From an uncultured Nitrospiraceae bacterium (GTDB lineage Bacteria > Hydrogenedentota > Hydrogenedentia > Hydrogenedentales > SLHB01), in NCBI GenBank assembly GCA_964632865.1, contig CAZWDH010000001.1:10106-74105 (forward strand): 64,000 nucleotides of DNA, in the 5' to 3' direction. Under the pieces are notes generated by a model. That model was not told the DNA's origin, ran no database searches, and saw only the letters and a list, made by a program, of their open reading frames with translations. How positions within the stretch are numbered: position 1 is the stretch's first letter; each line of letters starts with the position of its first letter. Positions 55,024-64,000 of this stretch are shown here, in pieces. The translations under genes were made by a program, and so were the position numbers.

Positions 55024-56379
55024 ATGGCCATGAGAACACGGTGGTTTCCGCCTTCCGTCGGTTGCGTGCTGGCGTTGTTTGTGACCGGGTGCCCGGAAAT
55101 CCTACCCGGAACGGAGGACTCCGTTGTCGATGAGTCACTGCGAGCGGTTCTGGACGACGCCGCCGTAACACCCGTAACCAAACCGACGGTGGACGCTCCA
55201 AAGGTCAAGCTCGGGCAGATGTTGATGTTCGACAAGATCCTGAGCGGGAATCGCAACATATCCTGCGCTACCTGTCACCATCCGGCGGTCGGCACCGGCG
55301 ATGGCTTGTCGCTTTCCAAAGGACAAGGAGGCGTCGGACTCGCGCAGTCGCGATCGACGCCGCTGGGTGCAGATGGACAACCGATATTGATTCCGCGGAA
55401 TGCGCCGGACGTTTTCAACCGCGGCGATTTTGACACAATGTTCTGGGACGGCCGCGTTCATCGCAACGACGACGGATCGTTTACGACGCCGGCCGGTGAG
55501 CAGCTCCCCCCCGGATTAGACAGCGCTCTCGCGGCCCAGGCCATGTTTCCGGTTACGTCGCGCGAGGAAATGCGCGGCCACGTTGGTGAAAACGAACTGG
55601 CCGACCTGCCCGACGACGACCTGCCCGGCATTTGGGTCGGTCTGATGGCTCGTCTGCTGGCGATTGAAGAGTACCGCGACTTATTTGACGCGGCCTATCC
55701 CGGAACGGTCGAGTCCGTCTTGACCTTTGCGCACGCAGCCAACGCCATCGCTGCCTTTGAGGTGGATCACTGGACTCTGGATGACAGCCCCTTCGATCAT
55801 TACCTGCGCGGCGACGACTCCGCCATGTCTAGTTCGTCCAAGCGCGGGGCGCTGTTGTTCTACGGTGAGGCCGGCTGCGCGACTTGTCACTCCGGTCCGC
55901 TGCTGACGGATCAGGAGTTCCACGCCGTCAGCGTTCCGCAGCTTGGCCCCGGAAAAGGCCACGGCGACGACGGGCTTTCCGACTTTGGGCGTGAGGCGGT
56001 CTCCGGCGATGCGAGCGATCGTTACAAATTCCGGACTCCGTCGCTGCGCAACGTCGCGGCCACGGGACCCTGGATGCACGACGGCGCTTTTACAGACTTG
56101 GAAGCAACCGTGCGCCACATGCTCGATCCCATCACTGCGGCATCCGCGTATGATCAAACACAGCTCGCGCCGGAATTTCGCGCCTTGTACCACGCGGAGC
56201 AGACCCCGGCGATCGTGGCCGCGATTGACTCCGATGAACTGTCTGCGGTGACTTTGACGGACGAAGAGGTCGCGGACTTGATGGCGTTCCTGCACGCGTT
56301 GACTTCACCATCCGCGGCCTCGTTGCCGATGGTGGACATTCCCGACCGCGTGCCCAGCGGCCTGCCGCTGGCGGATTGA
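55024..56379 (+). CDS. Di-haem cytochrome c peroxidase (CCP/MauG family), probably a lipoprotein.
   Basis: Two CxxCH motifs (CATCHHP, CATCHSG), the conserved PSLRNV and WMHDGAF, and a signal peptide with VTGC. Confidence 0.88.
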   Translation: MAMRTRWFPPSVGCVLALFVTGCPEILPGTEDSVVDESLRAVLDDAAVTPVTKPTVDAPKVKLGQMLMFDKILSGNRNISCATCHHPAVGTGDGLSLSKGQGGVGLAQSRSTPLGADGQPILIPRNAPDVFNRGDFDTMFWDGRVHRNDDGSFTTPAGEQLPPGLDSALAAQAMFPVTSREEMRGHVGENELADLPDDDLPGIWVGLMARLLAIEEYRDLFDAAYPGTVESVLTFAHAANAIAAFEVDHWTLDDSPFDHYLRGDDSAMSSSSKRGALLFYGEAGCATCHSGPLLTDQEFHAVSVPQLGPGKGHGDDGLSDFGREAVSGDASDRYKFRTPSLRNVAATGPWMHDGAFTDLEATVRHMLDPITAASAYDQTQLAPEFRALYHAEQTPAIVAAIDSDELSAVTLTDEEVADLMAFLHALTSPSAASLPMVDIPDRVPSGLPLAD

Positions 56380-56437
56380 GAACAGTCACTGGATGTACGG
56401 TCAAACAAGGCGACACGGCTATCAGGAGGTCTGAACA

Positions 56438-58435
56438 ATGTCCACGGCGACTCCGTTCTTCCGACGGCATGCAGCTGCACTGGTGGCGACCGTGCTGGTT
56501 GCGAGCTGTTACGCATTCACCCGCCTTCCCGCACCGTCTGCTGCGGAGCGAGCCGCGCTGGCAGTTCGATTCCGGTTCACGCGGTCGGCGCTCCCTGAGT
56601 TGATCACGTCGTCGCAGAAATCCGTTCGGACGGTTCATCCAAGTTTGACCCGGATATCCTCATGGATATCCGCAACCGGCGCCGCTGCCGCTCTTGAAGA
56701 CCTCGATGGGGATGGACTTCCCAACGACCTATCCTGGGTCGATCCACGAGTCGACGAGGTAATCATTACGCCGGTTCCGGAAACCGGTCAGCGCTTCCAG
56801 CCATTCGTTTTGAACCCGGCTCCTCTTCCCTATGACCCGGGCACGATGGCGCCGATGGGCAGCATGACCGCGGATCTAAACGAAGATGGCCTCATGGACA
56901 TTCTTGCATATTACTGGGGGCGCACTCCGGTTGCGTTCTTGAGAAAGGGAGTTTCTCCCGAGATCGCAGGAGCGGCGACCTCAGGGGGTCTGTCGGCAAC
57001 GGCGTTCGTTCCATGTGAAGTCGCCTCTAGCATTCAGCGTTGGTACACCAGCAGTGCCACCCTCGCCGACCTCGATGGCGATGGACATGTCGATATCGTG
57101 ATCGGCAACTACTTCCAGGACGGCGCTCGCATTCTCGATGCAAAAGCCTCCGGGGTCGAAATGATGCACGATACCAAGTCGAAGTCCTTTAATGGCGGCT
57201 GGAACAGGTTACTGCTTTGGAAGGCAGCAACGGCGGGCGGAGCACCCAGCGTGCAGTTTACCGACGTGGAGGACGTATTGGACGAGGATGTCGCTCGTGC
57301 ATGGACGCTCGCCGTCGGCGCGGCCGATATCGATGGCGACCTGCTCCCGGAAATCTACTTTGCTAATGATTTCGGTCCCGATCGTCTCCTCCACAATCGT
57401 TCGACCCCCGGCAGCCTTCGTTTTGGCGTACTGGAGGGAAAAGGCACGCTCGGCACTCCAGCTTCATTCGTCTTAGGTCATGACTCGTTCAAGGGTATGG
57501 GAGTGGATTTTGGAGATGTAAACGGGGATGGGTTCCTCGATATTTATGTAAGCAACATCGCCAGGGAGTTCGGATTGCAGGAAAGTCACTTCTTGTGGCT
57601 GTGTACGGGCGAGTTTGACAAGATGAAAGATGGCGCCGCGCCCTACGTGCAGGCAAGCGAATCCCTGGGGTTGTCCCGGAGTGGATGGGGATGGGAATCG
57701 CGACTAGCGGACTTCGATAATGATGGGACCTTGGAAGCGATTCAGGCCGTGGGCTTCATCAAGGGCCAGAACAATCGCTGGGCTGCATTGCAGTCGCTGG
57801 TTACGGCCAATGATCAAATGATGCACAATCCCAAGCTTTGGCCCCGGTTTCAACCGGGCGACGATCTCAGCGGTTACGATCCCAACGCCTTCTTTGTTCG
57901 GGCCAGCGACGGGCGCTACGTCGATGTCGCAAGTGAAATCGATCTTGACCAACCGATGGTAAGTCGCGGCATCGCCGTCGCCGACGTGGACGCAGATGGT
58001 GACCTGGACTTCGCACTCGCCAACCAATGGGAACAATCCTATTTCTATCGCAATGATAGCCCCCAGCAGAACGCGTTTCTTGCAATGCGGCTTTTGCTGC
58101 CGCTCGGAAGCCAAAAGCTCCCTGCTGTGACCGTTTACCGGGGGCGTCGCGGACCTGACTTGGAGGGACGCGCGGCTATCGGCGCCGTAGCGACGGTGCA
58201 CCTTCCCGACGGCCGACGCCTTGTCGGTCATGTTGACGGCGGAAACGGACATTCAGGCAAGCGAAGCCAAGATTTGCATTTTGGGCTCGGTCAACTGGCA
58301 GATGAGGCAGAGCTTCAAGTGGATCTGCGCTGGCGTGACGCTGACGGTCGCGATCACCGTGAAACGGTGCACGTGAAGCCCGGATGGCAGACCATTCAAC
58401 TCGGATGTCAGCACAGCGGAGGAGAAACATCATGA
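56438..58435 (+). CDS. FG-GAP/VCBS-repeat protein with a C-terminal ASPIC/UnbV domain (CRTAC1-like).
   Basis: Repeated DLDGDGxxD Ca-binding loops (ADLDGDGHVDIV, ADIDGDLLPE, DVNGDGFLDIY, DVDADGDLDF). C-terminal GNGHSGKRSQDLHFGLG. Confidence 0.8.
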   Translation: MSTATPFFRRHAAALVATVLVASCYAFTRLPAPSAAERAALAVRFRFTRSALPELITSSQKSVRTVHPSLTRISSWISATGAAAALEDLDGDGLPNDLSWVDPRVDEVIITPVPETGQRFQPFVLNPAPLPYDPGTMAPMGSMTADLNEDGLMDILAYYWGRTPVAFLRKGVSPEIAGAATSGGLSATAFVPCEVASSIQRWYTSSATLADLDGDGHVDIVIGNYFQDGARILDAKASGVEMMHDTKSKSFNGGWNRLLLWKAATAGGAPSVQFTDVEDVLDEDVARAWTLAVGAADIDGDLLPEIYFANDFGPDRLLHNRSTPGSLRFGVLEGKGTLGTPASFVLGHDSFKGMGVDFGDVNGDGFLDIYVSNIAREFGLQESHFLWLCTGEFDKMKDGAAPYVQASESLGLSRSGWGWESRLADFDNDGTLEAIQAVGFIKGQNNRWAALQSLVTANDQMMHNPKLWPRFQPGDDLSGYDPNAFFVRASDGRYVDVASEIDLDQPMVSRGIAVADVDADGDLDFALANQWEQSYFYRNDSPQQNAFLAMRLLLPLGSQKLPAVTVYRGRRGPDLEGRAAIGAVATVHLPDGRRLVGHVDGGNGHSGKRSQDLHFGLGQLADEAELQVDLRWRDADGRDHRETVHVKPGWQTIQLGCQHSGGETS

Positions 58436-59379
58436 AATCAGCGGAAACCGTCACGGCGTTTTATTTTTACCCTAAACAAAGCGAACGTCTTCGTCTGTTC
58501 GCGCTCTGGTATTTTGCTTCCCTGCTGACGCTGGGGACGATCGTCGGGCACACGGTTTTGGGTTTCGAACAATCCTGGGCAGTTCCACTCGTGGGTGTGG
58601 GAACCGCCTGTGCCATGCAACTCCTACTCGAATGGCTGGACGCTCGCGCCAAGAATCGCCCGCTGCGCTACAACGGAGGCCTTTTCGCCTTTATCAACTT
58701 CCTTTTGCCGGCATATATTCCGGGACAGGCGATTGCCATATTGCTGTACCCCAATGAACGCCTTATGCCAATCGTGTTCGCGGCGGTGCTCATGATTGGC
58801 TCCAAAGTGATGTTTCGCGCACCGATGGGCGAGGGCCGGACGCAGCATTTCCTCAATCCATCGAACTTTGGCATCGCGGTCACTCTTTTGCTGTTTCCAT
58901 GGGTAGGTCTGGCTCCGCCTTACCACTTCACGGAAAACATCGCCGGCGCGTGGGATTGGATTGTGCCGGGTATCGTCCTCCTTTCCGGGCTCATCATTCA
59001 CGCTTTTTTCACGGGTCGACTTCCTGTGCTGGCGGCATGGCTCATTGGCTTTGCGGCGCAGGCGCTCTTGAGGAGCTGGCTCTTCGGGAGTCCGGCGCTG
59101 ACGATGCTGGTGCCGATGACCAGCGTGGCCTTCATCCTGTTTACCATGTACATGATCCCCGACCCCGCCACGATTCCTTTAGATCCAATCCGGCAGGCGG
59201 CATTCGGTTTTGCGGTGGCGGCTGTCTATGGATTGCTTCAGGAGCTGCACATTGTGTTTGGTCTATTTCTGGCCCTTGTCATCGTTTGTGCACTCCGTGG
59301 TGCTGGGTTGTACTGGGCCGCCTTTTTGAGGCAGCGTAGCGTATCGTTTGGGCTTCATCCGGCGGCCCGCGCTGCCTGA
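58432..59379 (+). CDS. Polytopic membrane protein of unknown function; its start overlaps the upstream stop (ATGA).
   Basis: ~8 predicted TM helices; no motif recognised. Confidence 0.55.
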   Translation: MKSAETVTAFYFYPKQSERLRLFALWYFASLLTLGTIVGHTVLGFEQSWAVPLVGVGTACAMQLLLEWLDARAKNRPLRYNGGLFAFINFLLPAYIPGQAIAILLYPNERLMPIVFAAVLMIGSKVMFRAPMGEGRTQHFLNPSNFGIAVTLLLFPWVGLAPPYHFTENIAGAWDWIVPGIVLLSGLIIHAFFTGRLPVLAAWLIGFAAQALLRSWLFGSPALTMLVPMTSVAFILFTMYMIPDPATIPLDPIRQAAFGFAVAAVYGLLQELHIVFGLFLALVIVCALRGAGLYWAAFLRQRSVSFGLHPAARAA

Positions 59380-59473
59380 TATTTGTTCGCAGGTAGCAGC
59401 ACAGTTAGCGGCCCAGCAACGCTCGACGATTACATTCGAGGGATGTTGCCGTGAGTGGCATTGAGAGGAGTGA

Positions 59474-59965
59474 ATGACAGGCAGCCAACTGATCGGCGAC
59501 GCGGAGAATTTGAATTCGATGCCGAGCCCAGATGCCGCCGCATTGGAACAGTGCGTCACATTCCCGACCGGACAACTGACACAGAGTCAGCTCCGGGCGG
59601 TGTTTGGATCGCTCCCGCTCGAACTTACGTTCGTGGATCACGAAGATCGCGTTCGGTACTTCACCAAGAGCGACGAACCGATTTTTGCACGGTCCGCAGC
59701 CGTGCTAGGGAGAAAAGTGCAGGATTGTCATCCGCCCAAGAGCGTGAGCATCGTCAATCGCATTCTCTCGGACTTCCGGTCCGGACGCGAAAACGCTGCC
59801 TGCTTTTGGCTCGAATTGAGGGGTCGATTCGTACATGTCGAGTACCTGGCCGTTCGCAATACGGAAGGCCAGTACATCGGCACGCTCGAGGTCGTGCAGG
59901 ATATAACGCCGCTGCGTGCCTTGCAAGGCGAACGCCGGCTCTTGGAGTATGAGACCGCATCGTGA
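59474..59965 (+). CDS. PAS-domain protein.
   Basis: LTFVDHEDRVRYFT...FWLELRGRFVHVEYLAVRNTEGQYIGTLEVVQDIT is PAS-fold-like. Confidence 0.55.
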   Translation: MTGSQLIGDAENLNSMPSPDAAALEQCVTFPTGQLTQSQLRAVFGSLPLELTFVDHEDRVRYFTKSDEPIFARSAAVLGRKVQDCHPPKSVSIVNRILSDFRSGRENAACFWLELRGRFVHVEYLAVRNTEGQYIGTLEVVQDITPLRALQGERRLLEYETAS

Positions 59966-60116
59966 GTGGCCCGACAATCTGCCGAACAATGGCAAAGGAA
60001 AGGAGCAGCATGTACAGCAGGCGATTCAGGATACTTCCCCTAGGCTTGGCGACGTGTCGGTTTTTAGGGCGGTGCCCTCGTGCGCGGCGGAGGTTCCGTG
60101 AAAAGGAGAAAGGGTT

Positions 60117-62366
60117 ATGAAGGCTAAATGGTTGTTGAGTATTTCGATGGTTGTCGCGCTGACAGGCGGACTCGCGGTCCACGCGGCGGATATCGGCACG
60201 GGCTTTAGCTATCAGGGGTTCCTCGAAAAACCTGCCGGAACTCCGGTGGACGGCGTTTCGTGCGACTTCCGCTTCGGGCTCTGGGACGCGGCCGCGGGGG
60301 GGAATCAACAAGGGGTTTCGCCGCAAACGAAAATCGGCGTTGCGGTGACCGGTGGAGTGTTCACCGTGCCCGACTTGGATTTCGGCGCAGGGGCCATCGA
60401 CGGCGCCGCGCGGTGGCTGGAGATCGAGGTCCAGTGCCCGCCGGACGCGGGGTTCACGTTGCTTTCGCCGCGCGTGGAGCTGACTCCCGCGCCGCACGCC
60501 ATTCGGGCGTGGGAAGGCGTCGGGCCGCCCAACGCGTTGGAAGTGGACACGGCGACGGGCTTCGTGGGCATCGGGACGGACTCGCCGGTCTACCCGTTGC
60601 ACTCCTCCACGGCCGGCCCGTCTGACCGCGCGGTTTACGGCGAGGCCACCGCCGCTACCGGTACCACCTACGGCGTGTTCGGCCGGAGCGTCAGCCCGGA
60701 CGGGGCCGGCGTTCGCGGCGACTCCGTCGCCATCAGTGGGACCGCCTATGGCGGTCGCTTCCAGACCGGGAGCCCGGACGGCCGCGCCGTCTACGGCGAG
60801 GCCATCGCCGCCGGCGGCACCGCCTACGGTGTATTCGGCCGGAGCAACAGCACGTCCGGTCGTGGCGTGTACGGCGAGGCCACTGCCGGTACCGGCAGCA
60901 CTTATGGCGGTTGGTTCCAAAGCCTTAGCGCGGACGGGGCCGGCGTCTTTGGCAGCTCCGGCGCCATCAGTGGGACCGCCTACGGCGGTCGCTTCCAGAC
61001 CGGGAGCCCGGACGGGCGCGCCGTCTACGGCGAGGCCATCGCCGGTACGGGCACCGCCTACGGCGTGTACGGCCGGAGCGACAGCACGGACGGGCGTGGC
61101 GTCTACGGCGAGGCCACCGCCGCTACTGGCGGCACCTATGGCGGTTCCTTCCGGAGCGACAGCACCGAGGGGCGCGCCGTCCAGGGTTGGGCTACTGCCG
61201 CCAGCGGCAACACCATCGGCGGTCGTTTCACGAGTGACAGCACAGCCGGATACGGCGTCTGGGCCGATGCCGATGCCAGTACCGGCACCACCTACGGCGT
61301 GGTTGGCCGGAGCGCCAGCACGGACGGGTACGGCGTGTTCGGGTATGCGAGCGCGGCGAACGGGACGACCCGCGGCGGCTACTTTAAGAGCCAGAGCACG
61401 GACGGATTCGGCGTCTACGGTTTGGCCACCGCCATTACGGGCACCAACTACGGCGTGTACGGCCGGAGCGACAGCACCGAGGGGCGCGCCGTCCAGGGTT
61501 GGGCTACTGCCGCCAGCGGCAACACCATCGGCGGTCGTTTCACGAGTGACAGCACATCCGGGTACGGCGTCTGGGCCGATGCCGATGCCAGTACCGGCAC
61601 CACCTACGGCGTGGTCGGCCGGTGCAATAGCCCGGACGGGTTCGCTGGCTACTTCACCGGTCCAGCCGGGAGCAGAAACTACTTCGCACAAAGCGTGGGC
61701 ATAGGAACCAATGCGCCCGACGTCACTCTCCACGTCGAGGACGGTGCCGACGCCTCGTTGAGCAGTGGGTCCGGCTACCTCGTCCTGGGACCGGTCTCCG
61801 GTTCGAATCTCGTCCTCGACAACAACGAGATCCTCGCCCGCAACAACGGCGCCGGGGCGAGCCTCTTCATCAACTACGAAGGCGGAAACGTGGGGATCCT
61901 ACGGAACTCCGCGTCGCACCCGCTGCATGTGGGCAACGACAGCAGCACCGGTAACGGCGCCCATCTCACCGCCGGCGGAATCTGGACCAACGGCAGCGAT
62001 CGGAACTCCAAGGAAAACTTCAAACCGTTCGACGCGGGGGCCATCCTGGAAAAAGTAGCGGAACTGCCGCTAACTGTTTGGAATTACATCGGAGAGACCG
62101 ACGGCGTGCATCACATCGGCCCCATGGCCCAGGACTTCCACGCGGCGTTCGGCTTGGGCCACGACGAGCGCTACATCACCACCATCGACGCCGACGGTGT
62201 GGCTCTCGCCGCAATCCAAGGCCTCTACCAGATCGTGCAGGAAAAGGACTGCGAGATCGAAGAGTTGAAGGCGAAGGCGGAATCCGTCGAACGGCTCGAG
62301 GAGAAGGTTGCGGCGCTGGAGGCGTTGGTGCACAAGCTCGCCGCCCAGAACGGAGGTGGGCGATGA
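60117..62366 (+). CDS. Secreted tail-fibre-like protein: signal peptide, ~14 Gly-rich ~40-aa beta-solenoid-like repeats, and a C-terminal peptidase-S74 intramolecular-chaperone auto-processing domain.
   Basis: MKAKWLLSISMVVALTGGLAVHA. Repeats GRAVYGEATA.TGT.YGV.GRS.S.DG.GV.G. C-terminal SDRNSKENFKPFDAGAILEKVAELPLTVWNYIGETDGVHHIGPMAQDFHAAFGLG...IDADGVALAAIQGL, then a coiled coil. Confidence 0.8.
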   Translation: MKAKWLLSISMVVALTGGLAVHAADIGTGFSYQGFLEKPAGTPVDGVSCDFRFGLWDAAAGGNQQGVSPQTKIGVAVTGGVFTVPDLDFGAGAIDGAARWLEIEVQCPPDAGFTLLSPRVELTPAPHAIRAWEGVGPPNALEVDTATGFVGIGTDSPVYPLHSSTAGPSDRAVYGEATAATGTTYGVFGRSVSPDGAGVRGDSVAISGTAYGGRFQTGSPDGRAVYGEAIAAGGTAYGVFGRSNSTSGRGVYGEATAGTGSTYGGWFQSLSADGAGVFGSSGAISGTAYGGRFQTGSPDGRAVYGEAIAGTGTAYGVYGRSDSTDGRGVYGEATAATGGTYGGSFRSDSTEGRAVQGWATAASGNTIGGRFTSDSTAGYGVWADADASTGTTYGVVGRSASTDGYGVFGYASAANGTTRGGYFKSQSTDGFGVYGLATAITGTNYGVYGRSDSTEGRAVQGWATAASGNTIGGRFTSDSTSGYGVWADADASTGTTYGVVGRCNSPDGFAGYFTGPAGSRNYFAQSVGIGTNAPDVTLHVEDGADASLSSGSGYLVLGPVSGSNLVLDNNEILARNNGAGASLFINYEGGNVGILRNSASHPLHVGNDSSTGNGAHLTAGGIWTNGSDRNSKENFKPFDAGAILEKVAELPLTVWNYIGETDGVHHIGPMAQDFHAAFGLGHDERYITTIDADGVALAAIQGLYQIVQEKDCEIEELKAKAESVERLEEKVAALEALVHKLAAQNGGGR
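61171..61650. repeat. Internal tandem duplication (~318-bp unit, 61171-61330 and 61489-61650) inside the Gly-rich repeat gene.
   Basis: gcgccgtccagggttgggctactgccgccagcggcaacaccatcggcggtcgtttcacgagtgacagcaca... occurs twice, nearly identical. Confidence 0.8.
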
Positions 62367-62728
62367 ACCGGCACGCCGAACATCGAGAGCAGAATGCTTC
62401 AGAATGGGAACCTCCAGCAAACGCGGGCGGTCGGGTCTGGTTCAAGTGCGAGCAGGCTTCTGAATTGGCAATTGGAAATCGACGCTTCGCAGTTCCCTTT
62501 GCTCTTCGTTGTTCAACGTTCGTCATTCTATGGGCGGTCGCCACGGCGAACGCTCAGAGTGGTGGCGCGTATGTCATCAGGAAGAGTACGATGGATTCCG
62601 GTGGTGACCGAGTCGTCGGCGGCGAATTCGTGCTGACCGGCACCGTGGGACAACCCGACGCCGCCGAGCTGACCGGCAGTGGGTACACGCTCGCAGGCGG
62701 GTTCTGGTCGCCGGCCGACGCCGCCTAG
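62363..62728 (+). pseudogene. Small secreted protein whose IPTL-CTERM sorting anchor is separated from it by an in-frame amber codon (TAG 62726-62728).
   Basis: Signal-like FAVPFALRCSTFVILWAVATANAQ, then ...GYTLAGGFWSPADAA-TAG-LIPAVSEWGIAVLMLLVTIAATLVLSTRAV... (IPTL-CTERM consensus IPTLSEWG plus TM plus basic residues). The start overlaps the upstream stop (ATGA). Confidence 0.55.
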
Positions 62729-62866
62729 CTGATCCCGGCGGTTTCCGAGTGGGGAATCGCGGTACTGATGCTGTTGGTCACCATCGCTGCGACATTGGTC
62801 TTGTCGACGCGCGCGGTCGGATCGGTTTTTGCGGCTGGGGATCACGGAAACGCGAAAAAGCAGTGA
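62729..62866 (+). other. Detached IPTL-CTERM-like sorting domain coding segment (46 codons), in frame immediately after the amber stop.
   Basis: LIPAVSEWGIAVLMLLVTIAATLVLSTRAVGSVFAAGDHGNAKKQ-stop. Confidence 0.55.
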
Positions 62867-63264
62867 ACAGGAATTGCAGCCCGTCGGTGTCCTTCGGGCT
62901 GAGCACCGGGTCATTCTTCGCGTGGTCATGGCTCTGGAAAGGCTGATGGACCGCTTCGAGCAGACGGGAGAATTCGGCGAGTCAGGCGTTCCACCACTAG
63001 TCAATCTTCGCGGAAAAGCACTTGCGATGCGTCGGATCTCGTCCTCGAAGCCGACTTGCACCCGTAGAACAATGGGCGAGAACACAGGTACAAAGAAGGA
63101 AGAAGTTCTTGGGCACACTCTCCATGAACCAACCGTTGCTCCTTTGATGTCGGCGAGCGATGACGATGCGGTGCGACTGCAGTCAAGGCGACCGATCTCG
63201 CTACGGACGATCCACTGGCCACGAGGTTACGCGCGAGGCATCAGCACCGCATGAATCGCTAGGA

Positions 63265-64000
63265 GTTTGCTGAAATGAAATCACCCCTCACCTTAAGAGC
63301 CAGTGGACTGCCGCTTCCCGTGGCTCCATCCCAACCGACACACCCATTGCGTTCGCGCGCCCGTGTCTTGCTTACCAGCGTGTTCGGACCCTATGCCCAG
63401 GACGACGAGTACGGCAGCCGGAAAATCACGTCCATGGAGCTGTGGCACAACCAGGTCACGCGCGTACAGGGGCCGTTTTCATTGCGCATGTCGCACCGTT
63501 CCTGGGGGCTCATGCTGATCCAGGCCAACATCCTCGCTCCATGTACGCTTCTGGATTTCCCAGACATGCAGCGCTTCATAGACCAGATCACAACGAATGA
63601 ATACGACATCATCGGGATCAGTTCGATCATCCCCAACGTCCGGAAAGTGCGCAAGATGTGCGAACTCATTCGCGAACACGCACCGGCAACGACGATTGTC
63701 ATCGGCGGACACATCGCCAACCTGGCGGAACTGGACGAACTGATCGACGCCGACCACATCGTCAAGGGCGAGGGAGTCCGCTGGATGCGCCGCTTCCTTG
63801 GCGAGGACGAGAGCCGCGCGATCAGACACCCGCGAATCCTGTCGGGGATAGGCTCGCGCATCCTGGGGATCACTCAGTCGGTCAAACCCGGCGAGGTCGC
63901 CGCCACACTGATTCCTTCGGTGGGCTGTCCCGTGGGATGCAACTTCTGTTCGACGTCAGCCATGTTCGGCGGCAAGGGCAGCTGCGTGAATTTCTACGAA
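63265..64000 (+). CDS. B12-binding-domain radical SAM protein (N-terminal cobalamin-binding domain, then CxxxCxxC); 3' end outside the window.
   Basis: IIGISSIIPNVRKVRKMCELIREHAPATTIVIGGHIANL (B12-binding fold), then SVGCPVGCNFCST. AGGAG RBS at 63251. Confidence 0.78.

Noticed and set aside
60260-61704. Plus-strand alternative-frame ORFs (121 and 322 aa) inside the Gly-rich gene; also a check for CRISPR-like periodicity.
   Set aside because: The repeats are in-frame protein-coding 120-bp units with no spacer-like unique segments. The alternative frames are Ala/Pro-rich shadows.
59754-61733. 659-aa minus-strand ORF, Ala/Gly/Arg-rich.
   Set aside because: It is the antisense shadow of the Gly-rich repeat gene 60117..62366. 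The plus-strand gene has a signal peptide and a recognisable S74 domain; the minus ORF has neither.

Overview
High-GC (~65%) bacterial chromosomal window, gene content suggestive of a Planctomycetes-like organism, with no rRNA, tRNA or CRISPR detected.

Main blocks, left to right:

- 1-9.3 kb, integrated plasmid-like mobile element. It carries a tyrosine integrase (3' end runs off the left edge), a ParB-like nuclease with a Cys-rich tail, DUF932, a small ICE-associated protein, a ParA plus ribbon-helix-helix-like partition pair, a winged-helix Rep-like protein and an AlpA/Xis-like excisionase. No relaxase or type IV secretion genes are in the window.
- 9.6-21.1 kb, minus-strand cluster headed by a GAF histidine kinase and a sigma54 NtrC-type activator. 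Downstream are a tandem 4-Cys protein, glutamate dehydrogenase, UspA, NADP-type alcohol dehydrogenase, a VIT1 transporter and a SERCA-like Ca-ATPase. Two candidate sigma54 promoters were found by eye.
- 21-30.5 kb, rearranged block. It holds two inverted Rnk paralogs, a LysR regulator, HPF, a trypsin-like protease and an RND efflux pair. It also holds a striking ~300 bp chimeric module made of duplicated 5' ends of the histidine kinase gene and of the downstream kefB-like gene.
- 30.5-39 kb, ion and metal block. KefB-like CPA2 antiporter with RCK, CBS and PTS-EIIA domains, a UPF0126 membrane protein, an FMN reductase, a Cu P-type ATPase, a Crp/Fnr regulator and a GATase1 protein.
- 39-45.4 kb, nitrosative-stress island. 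Cytochrome b561, DUF1858, quinol NO reductase, a SAM-methyltransferase/RIC fusion ORF, a PNPOx-like protein and DUF488.
- 45.4-54.2 kb, three tandem ~950-aa paralogous secreted proteins. They carry PATR/HAF repeats, a dockerin-like EF-hand C-terminus and near-identical 3' ends.
- 54.3-64 kb. Rrf2 regulator with a perfect 24-bp palindrome, di-haem cytochrome c peroxidase, an ASPIC/UnbV FG-GAP protein, a membrane protein, a PAS protein, a secreted Gly-rich beta-solenoid protein with a peptidase-S74 chaperone domain, a small protein whose IPTL-CTERM anchor is cut off by an in-frame amber codon, and a partial B12-binding radical SAM gene.

All functional calls rest on motif recognition by eye; no database search was possible.
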